In this document: in pieces, positions 14,047 through 27,584 of the stretch | Layout: each line of letters opens with the position of its first letter | How positions within the stretch are numbered: position 1 is the first letter of the stretch | Source of the DNA: Eledone cirrhosa | Taxonomy: Eukaryota | Assembly: GCA_964016885.1 (NCBI GenBank) | Contig: OZ024743.1 | Location: 269,204,001 to 269,268,000, forward strand | DNA: 64,000 nt | Direction of reading: 5' to 3' | Made by a program: the position numbers and the translations under genes | Notes under the pieces: generated by a model | What the model saw: only the letters and a program-made list of their open reading frames with translations | Told to the model about the DNA's origin: nothing | Database searches by the model: none

Positions 14047-15668
14047 GATCGAGTATCGAAAAATCGGCGCACGAGTTCACGATAAACAATATTCGAAATG
14101 AGCGGCAGAGGGCTCAATAATTCAGATGAATCAGAGCTATAACTATCGTTAAAATACCGTCACACATAGAACAAGTCTACAATCAACCATACGATAAAAA
14201 ATCGATAATAGAAGATTCGGGACAAACAGATAAAAAATATCAATAAAACAATACATCAATAATTTAAATGAATGTAAAATCATACCCGGACCCACTAGAA
14301 AGGTGTTAAATCTAGCTTCTTGGGTTTCTGTAAATCCTTAGACTGTACTCTATCAGCTCACATATAAATATATAAGACTACTAGAGCAAGAGGAATGGAG
14401 TTTACTTCATCAACGAGCTTTTTCCTAGCGGATAAGGGGCCAACCACAAGCGAAATACGCACATGGCATTCGACAAGGGAGATAACCTCTACATCCGCGA
14501 AAACTATTCGAGGAAATGTGGAAATACACATATCGAATAAGAGTGCTCAATAGACATGTTAAAATAAAACAAAAGCTATTCATCACTCAATAGAATCGAC
14601 AAAAAATGAGCAATAAAATTAACTGGTGGATAGCTATGTCCAGAGCTAAAAATATTAGAAAGATCGAGTATCGAAAAATCGGCGCACGAGTTCACGATAA
14701 ACAATATTCGAAATGAGCGGCAGAGGGCTCAATAATTCAGATGAATCAGAGCTATAACTATCGTTAAAATACCGTCACACATAGAACAAGTCTACAATCA
14801 ACCATACGATAAAAAATCGATAATAGAAGATTCGGGACAAACAGATAAAAAATATCAATAAAACAATACATCAATAATTTAAATGAATGTAAAATCATAC
14901 CCGGACCCACTAGAAAGGTGTTAAATCTAGCTTCTTGGGTTTCTGTAAATCCTTAGACTGTACTCTATCAGCTCACATATAAATATATAAGACTACTAGA
15001 GCAAGAGGAATGGAGTTTACTTCATCAACGAGCTTTTTCCTAGCGGATAAGGGGCCAACCACAAGCGAAATACGCACATGGCATTCGACAAGGGAGATAA
15101 CCTCTACATCCGCGAAAACTATTCGAGGAAATGTGGAAATACACATATCGAATAAGAGTGCTCAATAGACATGTTAAAATAAAACAAAAGCTATTCATCA
15201 CTCAATAGAATCGACAAAAAATGAGCAATAAAATTAACTGGTGGATAGCTATGTCCAGAGCTAAAAATATTAGAAAGATCGAGTATCGAAAAATCGGCGC
15301 ACGAGTTCACGATAAACAATATTCGAAATGAGCGGCAGAGGGCTCAATAATTCAGATGAATCAGAGCTATAACTATCGTTAAAATACCGTCACACATAGA
15401 ACAAGTCTACAATCAACCATACGATAAAAAATCGATAATAGAAGATTCGGGACAAACAGATAAAAAATATCAATAAAACAATACATCAATAATTTAAATG
15501 AATGTAAAATCATACCCGGACCCACTAGAAAGGTGTTAAATCTAGCTTCTTGGGTTTCTGTAAATCCTTAGACTGTACTCTATCAGCTCACATATAAATA
15601 TATAAGACTACTAGAGCAAGAGGAATGGAGTTTACTTCATCAACGAGCTTTTTCCTAGCGGATAAGGG
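14041..15668 (+). repeat. Tandem 615-bp repeat, about 2.65 apparently identical copies
   Basis: TAGAAAGATCGAGTATCGAAAAATCGG starts at 14041, 14656 and 15271; the third copy ends at about 15668. Confidence 0.95.
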
Positions 15669-16099
15669 CACAGCACAGCTTCTAATAGGGCTCGTTTGTT
15701 TACAAACGAAGAGCTGAGTTCAAATCGAGGCAAGGTTAACTTTGCCTTTCATCCTTACAGGGTCGATAAAATAAAGTGCCAGTAATACACTGGGTATTTG
15801 CTGGCCTTGTGCCAAAAGTAGAAACAATTATTAATGTTCGATATAACGTATATATATATGTGTGTGCGTATGCATACTTTTATGTATCAGCTATGCTAGA
15901 GCGAGAAATAAAATTCTTATTTTATTTCATATATATATGTATGTTTACATAAATATGTATGTTAACATTTACATATATAACCTGCCAACATAACCTCGAC
16001 GCTTGTTTTCCTTTCCCTCGTCCCACACTCTCTGTCCCTGAATTTGGTTATATAATCACAGAAACCCTTTGACCGAGTACTACGATCGATCATCTGGTG

Positions 16100-17000
16100 G
16101 TCCTTAAGGAAACTAGGTGTAGACTTGTAAGAGCAGTGCAGGTCATATACAGAGGAGTTGTAAGTAAAGTGAGTTTTGTGCGTAATTGAAGATACAGCTA
16201 GGAGTATATCAGGGTTCAGTTCTTAGCCCAATTCTGTTTATCCTAGTCCTGAAGGCCATAACAGAGGAGTTTAAGACTTGTTGCCCATTGGAACTTCTGT
16301 ATGTTGTTGATATGGTCCTCATACCTGTATCTGTGGAAGAACGAGCGAATAAATTTTGGCTGTGGAAACAGAAGCTATGATTAAAAGAGCTTAAAGTAAA
16401 CTTAGCAAAAACCAAAATGTTAATAAGTAGGAAAGAAAATATGGCACCAATCTCATCAGGGAAGTGGACTTGCTCGTTATGTAGAAACTCTATACGATAT
16501 GCACAATGCAAATCTTGGGTGTACAAGAGGTGTAGTTGGATAACAGGCAGACTAACAGGAAAGCAAGACTTCGTATGTAGTAGATGTTCGGCGTCAATTG
16601 ATAGTAAGAATGCCAATTATAAAATAAATAATATAAACCTTTTCCAATCCCAGGAAGGATCTATAGAAGTGGTTGATAGCTTCTGCTATCTAGGTGATAT
16701 AATGAGCAGTTCATGATGGTGCTCTCAGAGCATAGTAGCTAGAATAATGACTGGGTGGAAGAAGTTTACGGAACTGATACCTCTGTTGACAACAGAAGCT
16801 TTCTCGTTACGAACAAAAGGTCGGCTATATGATGCCTGTGTGCGAAATGCGATGCTGCATGCTAGCTAGCCATGGGCAGTGAACGCAGAGGACATGCGTT
16901 GTACAATCTTATTGTGCGAGAATAAAAAAAATATGGATGAATTGAGAGAGAAACTGAGTATAAGAGGAATCAAATGTAGTGTGTGGGATAGCAAACTGCG
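16100..17000 (+). mobile_element. Decayed RTE-type LINE reverse transcriptase fragment with Cys-rich (PHD-like) insertion
   Basis: GVYQGSVLSPILF, ELLYVVD (degenerate YADD), WTCSLC...CKSWVYKRCS...FVCSRC, EVVDSFCYLGD, KGRLYDACVR; several stops. Confidence 0.8.
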
Positions 17001-17024
17001 TGTGTGTATGTATATATATATATA

Positions 17025-17055
<31 letters not shown>

Positions 17056-17249
17056 CTTGGTTTATTGGGTTTGGTGGTAGGGTGTTTGTTTCACCATTAG
17101 TCTGATAAGGTCAGCCTATGCTGAAGAATAATAGTGATGATGATGATGTTTTCCATAATTCAGGTACAAGGCATGTATTTTTTTCAAGCGTGAGGTATGG
17201 AGGGAGCCACTACATGATTGGTATTATGTTCTATCGATGACGGAATTGC

Positions 17250-17742
17250 AGTATTTACTCCGGCTCTTTACGTTTTGACATCAAATCCCACTGAAGTCAA
17301 CTTTGCTGTTAGTCCTTCCCGGGTCTATAAAATAAAGCACCAGTTAAGTACGGGAGTCGATATAATCGACTTTCCACTTCACCCCCAAATTGCTAGCCTT
17401 CTACACACGTTTGAAAGCATTAGAGTTACGGCCCTTCATGATTTGAGTTCAAATCCCGTCGAGGTTAACTTTGCCTTTCATCCTTACGGGGGTCGATAGA
17501 ATAAAGTACCAGTAATACACTGGGGTAATTGCTGGCCTTGTGCCAAAAGTAGAAACAGGATTGGCAGTATCGGTAGAGGGTCGGACGCCATGCTTTGACG
17601 CATAGAGTTACGGCCCTTGCCATTCTGAGTTCAAATCCTGCCGAGGTTAACTTTTCCTTTCATCCTTACGGAGTCGATAAAATAAAGTACCAGTAATGAA
17701 CTGGGTAATTGCTGGCCTTGTGCCAAAAGTAGAAACAATTAT
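17250..17742 (+). mobile_element. Three tandem copies of tRNA-derived SINE family A (Nin/Deu-domain-like core)
   Basis: Box A-like TGGCAGTATCGG, box B GAGTTCAAATCC, core GCCTTTCATCCTTACGGGGTCGATAAAATAAAGTACCAG, tail GCTGGCCTTGTGCCAAAAGTAGAAACAATTA. Other copies at about 408, 15713, 18068, 24756, 32955, 44560, 55845 and 57500 (+), and about 2090, 49130, 51628, 58165 and 59815 (-). Confidence 0.85.
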
Positions 17743-18225
17743 TATTGTGTTGTCATTGGAAATCTTTCTCCAGTAATAACAGTTGAGAACCCTTCCTCTT
17801 GTATCTGTAATGCATAAGGCCCAGTTTTGACACGTAGAGAGTCACGCTGAATCTCCCTAAGAACTACGTTAAAGATATGTCTGTGGAATGCTTGGTCACT
17901 TCCAGCTTAATTTTAGGAGCAAGCTGTTATATTGATCAAACAACTGACACACAAGTTGTCAGAACCAATAGAGGTCAAACTAATACAAAAACATCGTGTG
18001 TGTGTGTGTGTATTGGTGTGTAAATGTAGGTATGTGTGTGTCCATGCGATGTTATTTATCTCACGATCTGAGTTCAAATCCCGCCGAGGTTAACTTTGCC
18101 TTTCATCCTTACGGGGTCGATAAAATAAAGTACCAGTAATGTACTGGTAATTGCTGGCCTTGTGCCAAAAGTAGAAACAGTTATTTATCTCAGGATATAT
18201 TGGCTGTCTCTCGTCTTGTTTACAC

Positions 18226-18257
<32 letters not shown>

Positions 18258-18272
18258 AATATATATATACAC

Positions 18273-18303
<31 letters not shown>

Positions 18304-21046
18304 AATATAAAATATTATCATAAAATATCTATCAATACGTTGTTTCTCCCCCGTCTCCTTCCTTTCCCACTTTGATTCAGTCATTCAATTACTCTTTTAT
18401 TTATTCTTTCACTCTCACTATCTGTCTCTTATTATTTTTTATTTCTCCTTAGTTTCTACCTGTGTGTTTGTGTACTCACACACACACACACACACATACA
18501 TGTATATACATATATTTGTATGGGGCCCGTGACTCGTGGTGGAGTCGTAAGGCCGCTGAAGTGGTCACATACGGCGTTTCTTGTGAATTTTAAACCTGAC
18601 GGAGCCTATCCATTCACCAAGTTTGAACACAGGCAGTTCCTTCCAGAGAAGTTAGCTAAATAAAGAGAGGTGGGGCAGTGCATAGTGGATGTGCGAAAGA
18701 GATATAGCAGAAGAATCGACTCAGTGCTGGACAGGGACTTTCTTTTATCGATCTCGAAAGGATTTGAACTAAAACCACAGAGAACCGGACCGAATACCGG
18801 AAAGCATTCTACCCGTCGTTTGCAATGAAGATATATATTAGTTTAACGCTTGATATAGTAAGAAAAGTGAAGGCACGTGGCTTTTTGTTTAGGGAATTCG
18901 GCTCACCATCTTAAGGTGGTGAGTTCAATATCCGGTGGCGCGCTGTGTCCTTGAACAAGACACTTTGTTTCACGTCGCTTCAGTTCACTCAGCTGGCAAA
19001 AATGAGTTGTGTCTGTAATTCGTTGGGCCAGCCTTATCACATTCTGTGTCAACGCTGAATCTCCCTGAAAACTACGTTAAGGGTACGCGTATTTATGGAA
19101 TACTCAGCCATTTGCACATCAACTGGACCACTCTTCGTCGTAACAACACATACAGAGTAGGAAAAGAGTCTTAACCTTTCGAACGGTGGCCGTAAAAAGA
19201 TAAAGGAGGGTGAAAAAGGGAAAAATGGACATTTTTTGTGAATGGGGGAAGAAAAGGCACGTGTGTATTCAATCAGCCATTTATAAATATATTTGCAGTG
19301 GAACCTTGGTTCACGAACTTGATTCGTTCCTGTAGGCTGTTCATTACTCACAAGTTCGTAAACCGAAACTATTTTTACTACACGAAATGTTGAGAGAGAA
19401 AAACAATGAGAGAGAGACTGTGTGTGAAAGACAAATAGATACCACCATAGTAACTAACTACACAGCAAGTGACGCTTTCCCGCCGATACTCGAAACTTGT
19501 TGCCGGCTTGCGTGTTCGTTACTCGAGACATCATTCGTGATCCGAGACGTTTTATATTCCGAAAAAAGGTTCCACTATATATATATATATATGTGTGTTT
19601 ATGGTTGTGTGCATTTAACTATGTAAGTCCTTTTATGCATCGATGTACAGTTAGATGGAGTTCCCTGTTTCTGTTTCTTTCAATACACTTTCGCCCTCTC
19701 TATCCCGCATTCACTTCCTCACCCTGTCTTATTTTTCTCATTGCTGACCCTCCTCCATCAAACAACCCCAAACCTCATCACTAGTCACATAGCCATCCAC
19801 CCTATCATATCCTTACAACACGCCACCACCACCACCACCACTATCACTAACACTATCAACAACAACAATAACAACCTTACACCTTACCCTACCCCGCCCT
19901 TATTAATAGTGTGTGTTTCCCCTAAGGTTGATTGGGATTTCTCTATTTTTTAGGACGTGGTTTCCGTTTCCCGACTGCCCCCCTATTCCCAGCTTGGTCC
20001 ATTCATCAGACCTCCTTCTTCTTCTTAAGCCTTGTCTAAAAATGATAATGGATATTTCTTTGCTCTCAGGTAAATATGTCAGCCTCAAACTGTTGTTTCT
20101 AATGAATTGGGTCGCCGTTGTTGCCTCACCCCCCCTACCACCTTGCCTCTCAACCTTACCTCCTTAACATTTAAACCTATTCATATCATATTTTTACCTT
20201 AACTTTTACTTTATTTCTGCCTTACCTGCCTGCTTACCTACCTACCTACCTATCTATCTACCAACCCATCTACCTATCTATCTACCTACCTACCTACCTT
20301 ACCTGCTTGTCTACTTGTTGTTTTTTGTTGTTAAATCTTTGCCGGTTTCCACAATGAGGGTTCGGATGTTCGGACTTATTAGCCTGCTCCAGAAATTGTA
20401 ATGATCCTCCATCAGTCTCGACTATGAGCGTCCGAGTTGTTTGATCAAGGAAATAGCCGGCTCATGAATTTAATGTGTAAGTGGCTGAGCACTCCACAGA
20501 CATATATTTAATGTGATTCTCAGGGAGTTTCAGCATGACTCAGTATGAACTACAGGCACAGTCCAAAGTTACACTCAGAAGGTATGGAGTAACCCGAGGT
20601 TATGTAATAACAGTTGCCCAAGATATCATGCAGCGGGATCGACTCCAAGACCTAATGATTACGAAACAAACTACCTTAAATATTCGGCGACACTGTCGCC
20701 ACGGTTATGGAATTAACAAGTGGCTGCGCATCTAGTAGTTCTTAGGAAGATTCTTAGGAAGACCAGCTAACTGGTCAATCTTATTCTAAATAGCATTCAC
20801 TATATCAGTGATTCAATCTATAGTAGGAGATGATTGAAATAGTAGTTTAACATCTTACATATCTCCCCTCCCACCTACACATCTATATACCTAGTCATTC
20901 ACTAATGTGGGTCTTGCAGCCACTTCCCACATGCACATCTACATATCTGGTCATTCACTGGTGTTACTGGATATGCTACAACTCTCACCTAAGCTCTAGA
21001 TTCTTCCCCTCACTGAGACCATAACATTCTCTCTTTTGCTGTTGTT

Positions 21047-21693
21047 TAACCCTTTTGTGACCATATTTCAATTGGCTGATGAAGAATTTAGAGGGATTTA
21101 CTAAAATAATGATGGAAGATTTTTATTTGCAAAAATACGCTTTAAATGAATGTTGTTTTTTTTATATAGAACCAGAGCCAGTTTTAACTGGGCTGGTATC
21201 AGACGTTTTAACCCTTTTGTGGCTATATTGCTCATAAAATGCACTCAATTTCAATTAATAAATGATAAGCTTTGATGCATTTACTAAAAATTATTACTTA
21301 TTTCATTATTACTAAGATAGTAATATAACATCGTTCTTATATAAGATTATGTTGGAAGATTTTAATTTCAATAAGAATACTTTAACCTGAGCAGTTTTGT
21401 TTCATAAACCCAGAACTGGGTTGGTCTCAAAAACTTAACCCTTTCATTGCTATATTTCTAATGAAAGACACTGGCTATGATTTTCACATAATTTTGAAAA
21501 TAATCAAGAATTTCGAGCAATTTAGTAATATAACTAATTTTCTCATTATCAAGCTGGCATTTGGAACATAAAAACAAAGGCTCTTACATAAAATTATGGT
21601 GGGAGGTTTTTACAAAAATAAGAACATTTTAAAACAAAGTTTTTGTAGTGTAGAATAGGGAGTGGTGAAGTGGTTTGATATAAAAAAGGTTAA
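21047..21693. mobile_element. Three head-to-tail decayed piggyBac-type MITE copies
   Basis: Each starts TTAACCCTTT(T/C)...ATATT (about 21047, 21208, 21435); the last ends AAAAAGGTTAA. TTAA target plus CCC termini are piggyBac hallmarks. Confidence 0.55.
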
Positions 21694-22956
21694 ACTAGAT
21701 TCATGTATGCCAGCAACATTCCATCAATAATTCATAATAGCTTTATTAAAAGAGTTGTGATGTTAAATGCTTTGTCGTATTTGTTCCAATTCTCTGGAAT
21801 CTAAATTCAAATCTCACTGAAGTCAACTTTGCCTTTCATCCATTTGGGTCGATTTATCGAGAATGGGGGATTAGGGGAGTTATTGGGGTCGATAAAATAA
21901 TGAACCAGTCCAGGGTGATGCATCAGTGGAGTTATTGAAGTATCAAACAAGTTGTGTTTTGTGATATTTATTCCAGATTTCTGTTTTCAGTTCAAATGCT
22001 ACTGTTGCCTAATCAACTGCTCAGTTTAACACCCTTACCTCATAGCTCTTGAGTACATTTAAAAGTTTAACACCTTTAACATTGTTTAACATCGCTTTAA
22101 CAGCGATCACTCTCTCACAAACATTCAGACTGTTACCAATTTGAAGATACCTTTTTACCTCCCAGAATAGCTACAGTTTAAAGAATGAAGCCAGTAAAAT
22201 AAAAATTAAATTAAAATAAATGAATAAATTAAATTAAATATTACTGGTCTATATCTAATTAAACAATTATTTTTCTTATTTGTTCCCCTACCCAAATATG
22301 ACCACCTCTAAATTTTTTGATGTCCACTTGTTGTCCATCTTTCTGCTCACATTTTGTCTAACCTCATAAAACTGCACATCCACAATCTTTTTTTTTTGTG
22401 GAGGTGGTGGGGTGGTTGTTTTGACACATTTCTCTCATTTTTGTGTCTGTCTGATTTGGTTTAATCAGCTCGTTTGTGTGTGTATATGTTTGTGCTTCTT
22501 GTTGCATGTGTTTGTGTTTGTGAGTGTCCTTATTTAGGTGTGTGTATGTTTCTTTGTGTTTGTATTTATGAATGCATGTGGTAAAGGCTCCCCAGACTAG
22601 AGCTTATCCTAATTTCATTGATCTTAAATGACTGACACTACAAGACACTGGTCCATCGCAAAGGTAGCCCCTGCTGATGGTATTACACATTTGTTTTGCT
22701 TCACTTCTATGTAAACAAATGTGTTTGTTAATCCAGATGTGTATGCTATCTTTATTGGTGGACAGATTGTTGTGAACATTTGCAGTAAACTAAAGACTTT
22801 AATTTTTAATGTGATACAGTACTGTTTTCTACTTTTAGAATATCTTGCTAATGTGGTTTCACTACATGATATTGAGTTACACACCCCACCACCTCATTAC
22901 TGGTACCATCATCATTATCATCATCATCGACAATACACAGCCTGACTAGTATTTAA

Positions 22957-23164
22957 CCCTTTAGCATTTACATTACTCTATATTTACTATTATATTTTCA
23001 TGGTAAAGGCTTTACCTCACATAATACCAAATCTATGTGATTTTGATATTATTTATTTTGAGAACAATACCTTAACATCAGTATGAGTGGCTGGTTACAG
23101 CTGGTTTGAACAGAAAGAGGTGAGATAATTCTGGCCGGATGCAACCGGTTTAAATGCTAAAAGG
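22957..23164. mobile_element. piggyBac-type MITE
   Basis: TTAA|CCCTTTAGCATTTA ... TAAATGCTAAAAGG|TTAA terminal inverted repeats with TTAA duplication; second copy at about 24592-25001. Confidence 0.75.
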
Positions 23165-23651
23165 TTAAACACTCCACTGGCCCACTACTGTCATCATCAT
23201 CACCATCAACAATACATTGTTTCACTTAAAACCCTGTAATGCTTTAGCAGAAAATATCTAAAAGTATGGTTGTTAATTCAAATGTTTATAGTATCTTTAC
23301 TAATGAATAAATCTTTGTGGAAAATTGCACTATTTCAGTAAAGAAATGTTTAATGCGATGCAGTCACCGTAGTTACTATTTTGTTATTTTCAAGAATATC
23401 CAGCTAATGTGGTTTCATGTGGTATGGAACATTGAGTTAAACACCCTCACCACCTCATTATTAAAATTATGCACACTAAAATATCAAATACACACATTGC
23501 TTCATTTTGTTTGAATTATTAATGGGTAAATGATCAAGATTATATATATGTGTGTCTGTTTATGTTTGCATATGAGTATGTAAAAAGTCAACAAGGGTGA
23601 ATAATATATCGATATATATATTAGTTTAACGCTTGATATAGTAGGAAAATA

Positions 23652-23689
23652 ATCTTAATGTTTCTGACATTAGTCCTTCATCAGAAGAT
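23652..23689 (-). ncRNA. Minimal hammerhead ribozyme, slightly decayed
   Basis: Minus strand: ATCTT-CTGATGA-AGGAC-TAAT-GTCA-GAAA-CATT-AAGAT. Confidence 0.5.
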
Positions 23690-24167
23690 AGAATGAGAGA
23701 GGGTGTGTATGTTTGTTGGATCTCCATCGGTTCTGACGATGACTGTTCCAGTTGTTTTGATTAATTGAACTGGCTGCTCATGAAACCATCAGGGAGATTC
23801 ACCATTATAGAGTATATGATAAAGCTGGCCCTTTGATTTAAAGGTACAATTTATCTTTTCCAGCTTAATAAGGAGAAAGTTATATTATTAGACTCTCCAA
23901 ATTCTTGATTGTTTTCAAATTTATTAGAAAAATCATTGGCAGTCTTTCATTAGAAATACAATTACGAAAGGTTTAAATATTCATGGGTCTTTCACATCTT
24001 ATTTGGGTAATTTGGATAATTCACATAATTTTCAAATAGTGTTGAAAATAATCAAGAATTTGGAAGAACCAACTTTCTCGTTATTAAGCTGGTGTTTGGA
24101 ATATCACCTAACACAAGGTTCTTACATAGAATTATGATGAAATGTTTAAGGTAAATACACATAAATG

Positions 24168-24500
24168 GAGGCACATGGCTTAGTGGTTAGAGCATTGGGC
24201 TTGCAATCGAAAGGTTGTGAGTTCAATTCTCGGACCGGGAGATGTGTTGTTTCCTTGAGCAAGACACTTTATTTCACATTGCTCCAGTTTACTCAGCTGT
24301 AGAAATGAGATGATAGGACTGGGGTCCCTATCATTCCACTGAAAAGTGGTCATGGAGGTGCCACGGTAAAAAAACACCCAGCACTCATTGTAAATGAGGT
24401 TGGTGTTAGGAAGGGCATCCAGCTGTAAAAATCAAGCCAGAATCAGTTCCCGTCCCACCCTTGCAAACAGGGAGAAAGCGGACGTAAAATGATGATGATT
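24168..24500 (+). mobile_element. tRNA-derived SINE family B with RTE-related tail
   Basis: Box A TGGCTTAGTGG, box B GAGTTCAATTCT, CCTTGAGCAAGACACTT core. The tail GGTGTTAGGAAGGGCATCCAGCTGTA is shared with the RTE 3' UTR at about 9490, and it ends in (TGA)n. Confidence 0.8.
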
Positions 24501-24502
24501 CA

Positions 24503-25126
24503 CACAGTGTTTCAAAAAAATTAGATATTGTTTGAAGTGTAAATATCCCAGAAACTACAAAATCTAGAACACCAAGACTGAACAGGTTTAACCCTTTAGC
24601 ATTTACATTATTCTATATATACTATCGTATTTTTGTGGTAAAGGCTTTACCTCACATAATGTCTCACATAACATTTACATCACTCTATATATACTATCGT
24701 ATTTTTGTGGTAAAGGCTTTACCTCACATAATTATCTCACATAATATCGAATCTATCCCGCCGAGGTTAGCTTTGCCTTTCATCCTTATGGGGTCGATAA
24801 AATAAAGTACCAGTAATACACTGAGTAATTGCTGGCCTGGTGCCAAAAGTAGAAACAAATAATATCGAACCTATGAGATTTTGATATTATTTATTTTGAG
24901 AACAATACCTTAACATCAGTATGAGCGGCTGGTTAGGACCGGTTTGAATAGATATAGGTGAACATTTTCTGACTGGATACAGCTGGTTTAAATTCTAAAG
25001 GAATATGAGTAACATAAGATTTATTCCTCATAATTTGTCAACATTAAGACACTAATTCACAATATATTGTGGCAATTTCTGGGATATTTACATACAAAAG
25101 GATATCTGATTTTTTTAAACACTCTG
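24503..25126. mobile_element. Tc1/mariner-type MITE containing a piggyBac-type MITE (24592-25001) that contains a SINE A fragment (24756-24859)
   Basis: TIRs CACAGTGTTTCAAAAAAA...GTAAATATCCCAGAAA and TTTCTGGGATATTTAC...TTTTTTTAAACACTCTG|TA. The SINE is flanked by a TAATATCGAA(T/C)CTAT duplication. Confidence 0.65.
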
Positions 25127-25207
25127 TATAGACACTTTTAATATCTGAGAATTTTTAAAGAAACAAAAATCAAGATTGTTGTGGCTGGAACTCTTTTGAT
25201 CATACAT

Positions 25208-25587
25208 GGAGGCACATGGCTTAGTGGTTAGAGCATTGGCCTTGCAATCGAAAGGTTGAGTTCAATTCTCAGGCCGGGTGATGTGTTGTTTCCTTGGGGC
25301 AAGACACTTTATTTCACATTGCTCCAGTTTACTCAGCTGTAGAAATGAGATGATAGGACTGGGGTCCCTATCATTCCACTGCAAAGTGGTCGTGGTGGTG
25401 CCACGGCAAAAAAGCACCCAGCCCACACTGTAAAGTGGACGTGTAGGTGCTACGTAAAAAAAGCACCCAGCACTCACTGTAAATGAGGTTGGTGTTAGGA
25501 AGGGCATCCAGCTGTAGAAATCAAGCCAGAATCAGTTCTCATCCCACCCTTGGAAGCAGGGAAAAGCGGATGTAAAATGATGATGAT
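25208..25587 (+). mobile_element. SINE family B, near-identical second copy
   Basis: Aligns over its full length with 24168-24500, with an extra internal repeat. Fragments of the family also lie at about 18870 (+), 44030, 61240 and 63130 (-). Confidence 0.8.
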
Positions 25588-25755
25588 AGTTATACTTGAT
25601 CAGAACTGTTGTTATTGTTGTTGCTAAACAACTAGTGTTTTATTTTATTTTATTTTATTTTATTTTATTGTATTGTATTGTATTTTCTTATTATTTGTAA
25701 TATCTGGTTTGTAGACATTTCTAATTTTTTTTTTTTATTATTATTCTAATTTCAG

Positions 25756-27550
25756 TCAAAGCTAAAATCAAAGAAAGAGAACCGAGCAATTACTGAGGCT
25801 GCAGCTTCCCTACCTAACGCAGGTGATGTGAGCAGCAGCACAAGTGCAGCAGCAGCAGCAGCAGCAGCAGCCAGTGGTTATACATACGACGACTCATCTG
25901 CAGCAGCAGCAGCCGCGGCAGCTGCAGCAGCAGCGGCTGCAGCAGTTGCTGTATCATCATCCTCTTCCACTTCTTCCCATCATCCAAACCTTCAGCACAG
26001 CCAACAGCCGCAATCTCAGCAGCATCACCATCAGCAGCACCAACACCCACAGCATCATCACCACCACCATCACCAGCAGCAGCAACCTCAGCAGCAACAA
26101 GCACCACCACAGCAAACAACACCGCAGTCACAACAGCAGCAGCAACAACAGAACAGTAATAGTTCTGCTACCAGCGTCGATAACAATTCTTTGTCAAGTT
26201 TGTCAGTGAAGATTGTCCAACAGATCAAGAATCCGACAGAACACCCACAGACTATCCACACTAACGTGACAGTGACCAGTGTGAAAACCCAGTATGGGTC
26301 CAGCAACGATGGCTCCCCACAGTCAAGCAGCATCCAAACTAGTGTTGAGTGTAAACAGGAGCCATGTGACGAAGGCCAGTGCCTAGGAGCGCAACAACAG
26401 CAACAGAACACCGGTCACAACACCAGCAACAACAACAACAATAATAATCATAATAACCACAACAACAACTCCATCAACAACTCCATCAACAACTCCATCA
26501 ACAACAACCACAATAACAACAATAACAACAGCTTGTCGTCTGACAACATTATTGGCAACTTGAATTTAGATCCTGATATTTTACAAAGCATTTTGGAGAA
26601 TCTTGACAAAGAAGATTTGAAAGGATTGGATGATTTTGTTTACCTTGACAAGGAGAACCGCAATGACACATTAAATATGTATGCTCCTTTGACTGCTAGT
26701 TCTCCTAGTCTTCCACCGAAAGGTCCACCATTTGTTGATACTCCGCCACCTGGCAGCAACCCTCTCAATTCACTGTACGATACCAACCAGAACATGGGTG
26801 GCGTGCGCACCCCGACACCGATCCAAACATTCCGTGGATCCCACCAACCCCACGTCCTCTCGGACACCGGTCCTGCTGCCGAGACTTTGAAGCAGATGGC
26901 TGCTCAGCACCAGAACCAGACGTATGCGATGAAATCCCCATCCCTTGGGCCGTTTGGTGACCCAGGCTCCGACATAGACCAGTTTGGCCGAGGCAATGGA
27001 TATGCGGGTTTCGGCCAGGCACCACCGGGCATGCCAGGTCAAAACTCCTATGCTTACGGTCAACAGCCTCCTCCTCATTTAAACCAGCTACGAGGTCAAC
27101 CAGTACCTCCAGGCTATCCACAACCGATGCCAGGCAAGACTGATATGTCGCTACCTTTTGGGGCTACCAAACCGTTGTCTCACTACCCTGATCCAATGGG
27201 AGTGCAGGTAACTTCGGCTCAGGGAGGTCCTTCACCATCATCGCTACAACAACTACAAGACCAAGTACGGGCACACTTCAACCAAAATCAAGGTCCACAG
27301 CCCATGCAAATAACACAAACACAACAGATGCAAGTATCTCACGGTGCACACCGGATGCAAATGTCACAGACACAGCAGTTGCAAATGCAGCAGGCCCCTC
27401 AGCAGATATCTATGAGTCAGCAGCAATCACTATCGCTCAATCCAGGTGCCATGGCTCAGAGCCAGTACATGACTGAACAGATGAGCATCATGCACGACAA
27501 AGCGCATGCTGAACATGTGTGCCAAACGAAGTCTCGCGAATCTATGCTTG

Positions 27551-27584
<34 letters not shown>

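Noticed and set aside
24168-24240. tRNA gene (box A/B)
   Set aside because: No proper cloverleaf, and it continues into SINE body and tail. The same applies to the SINE A heads.
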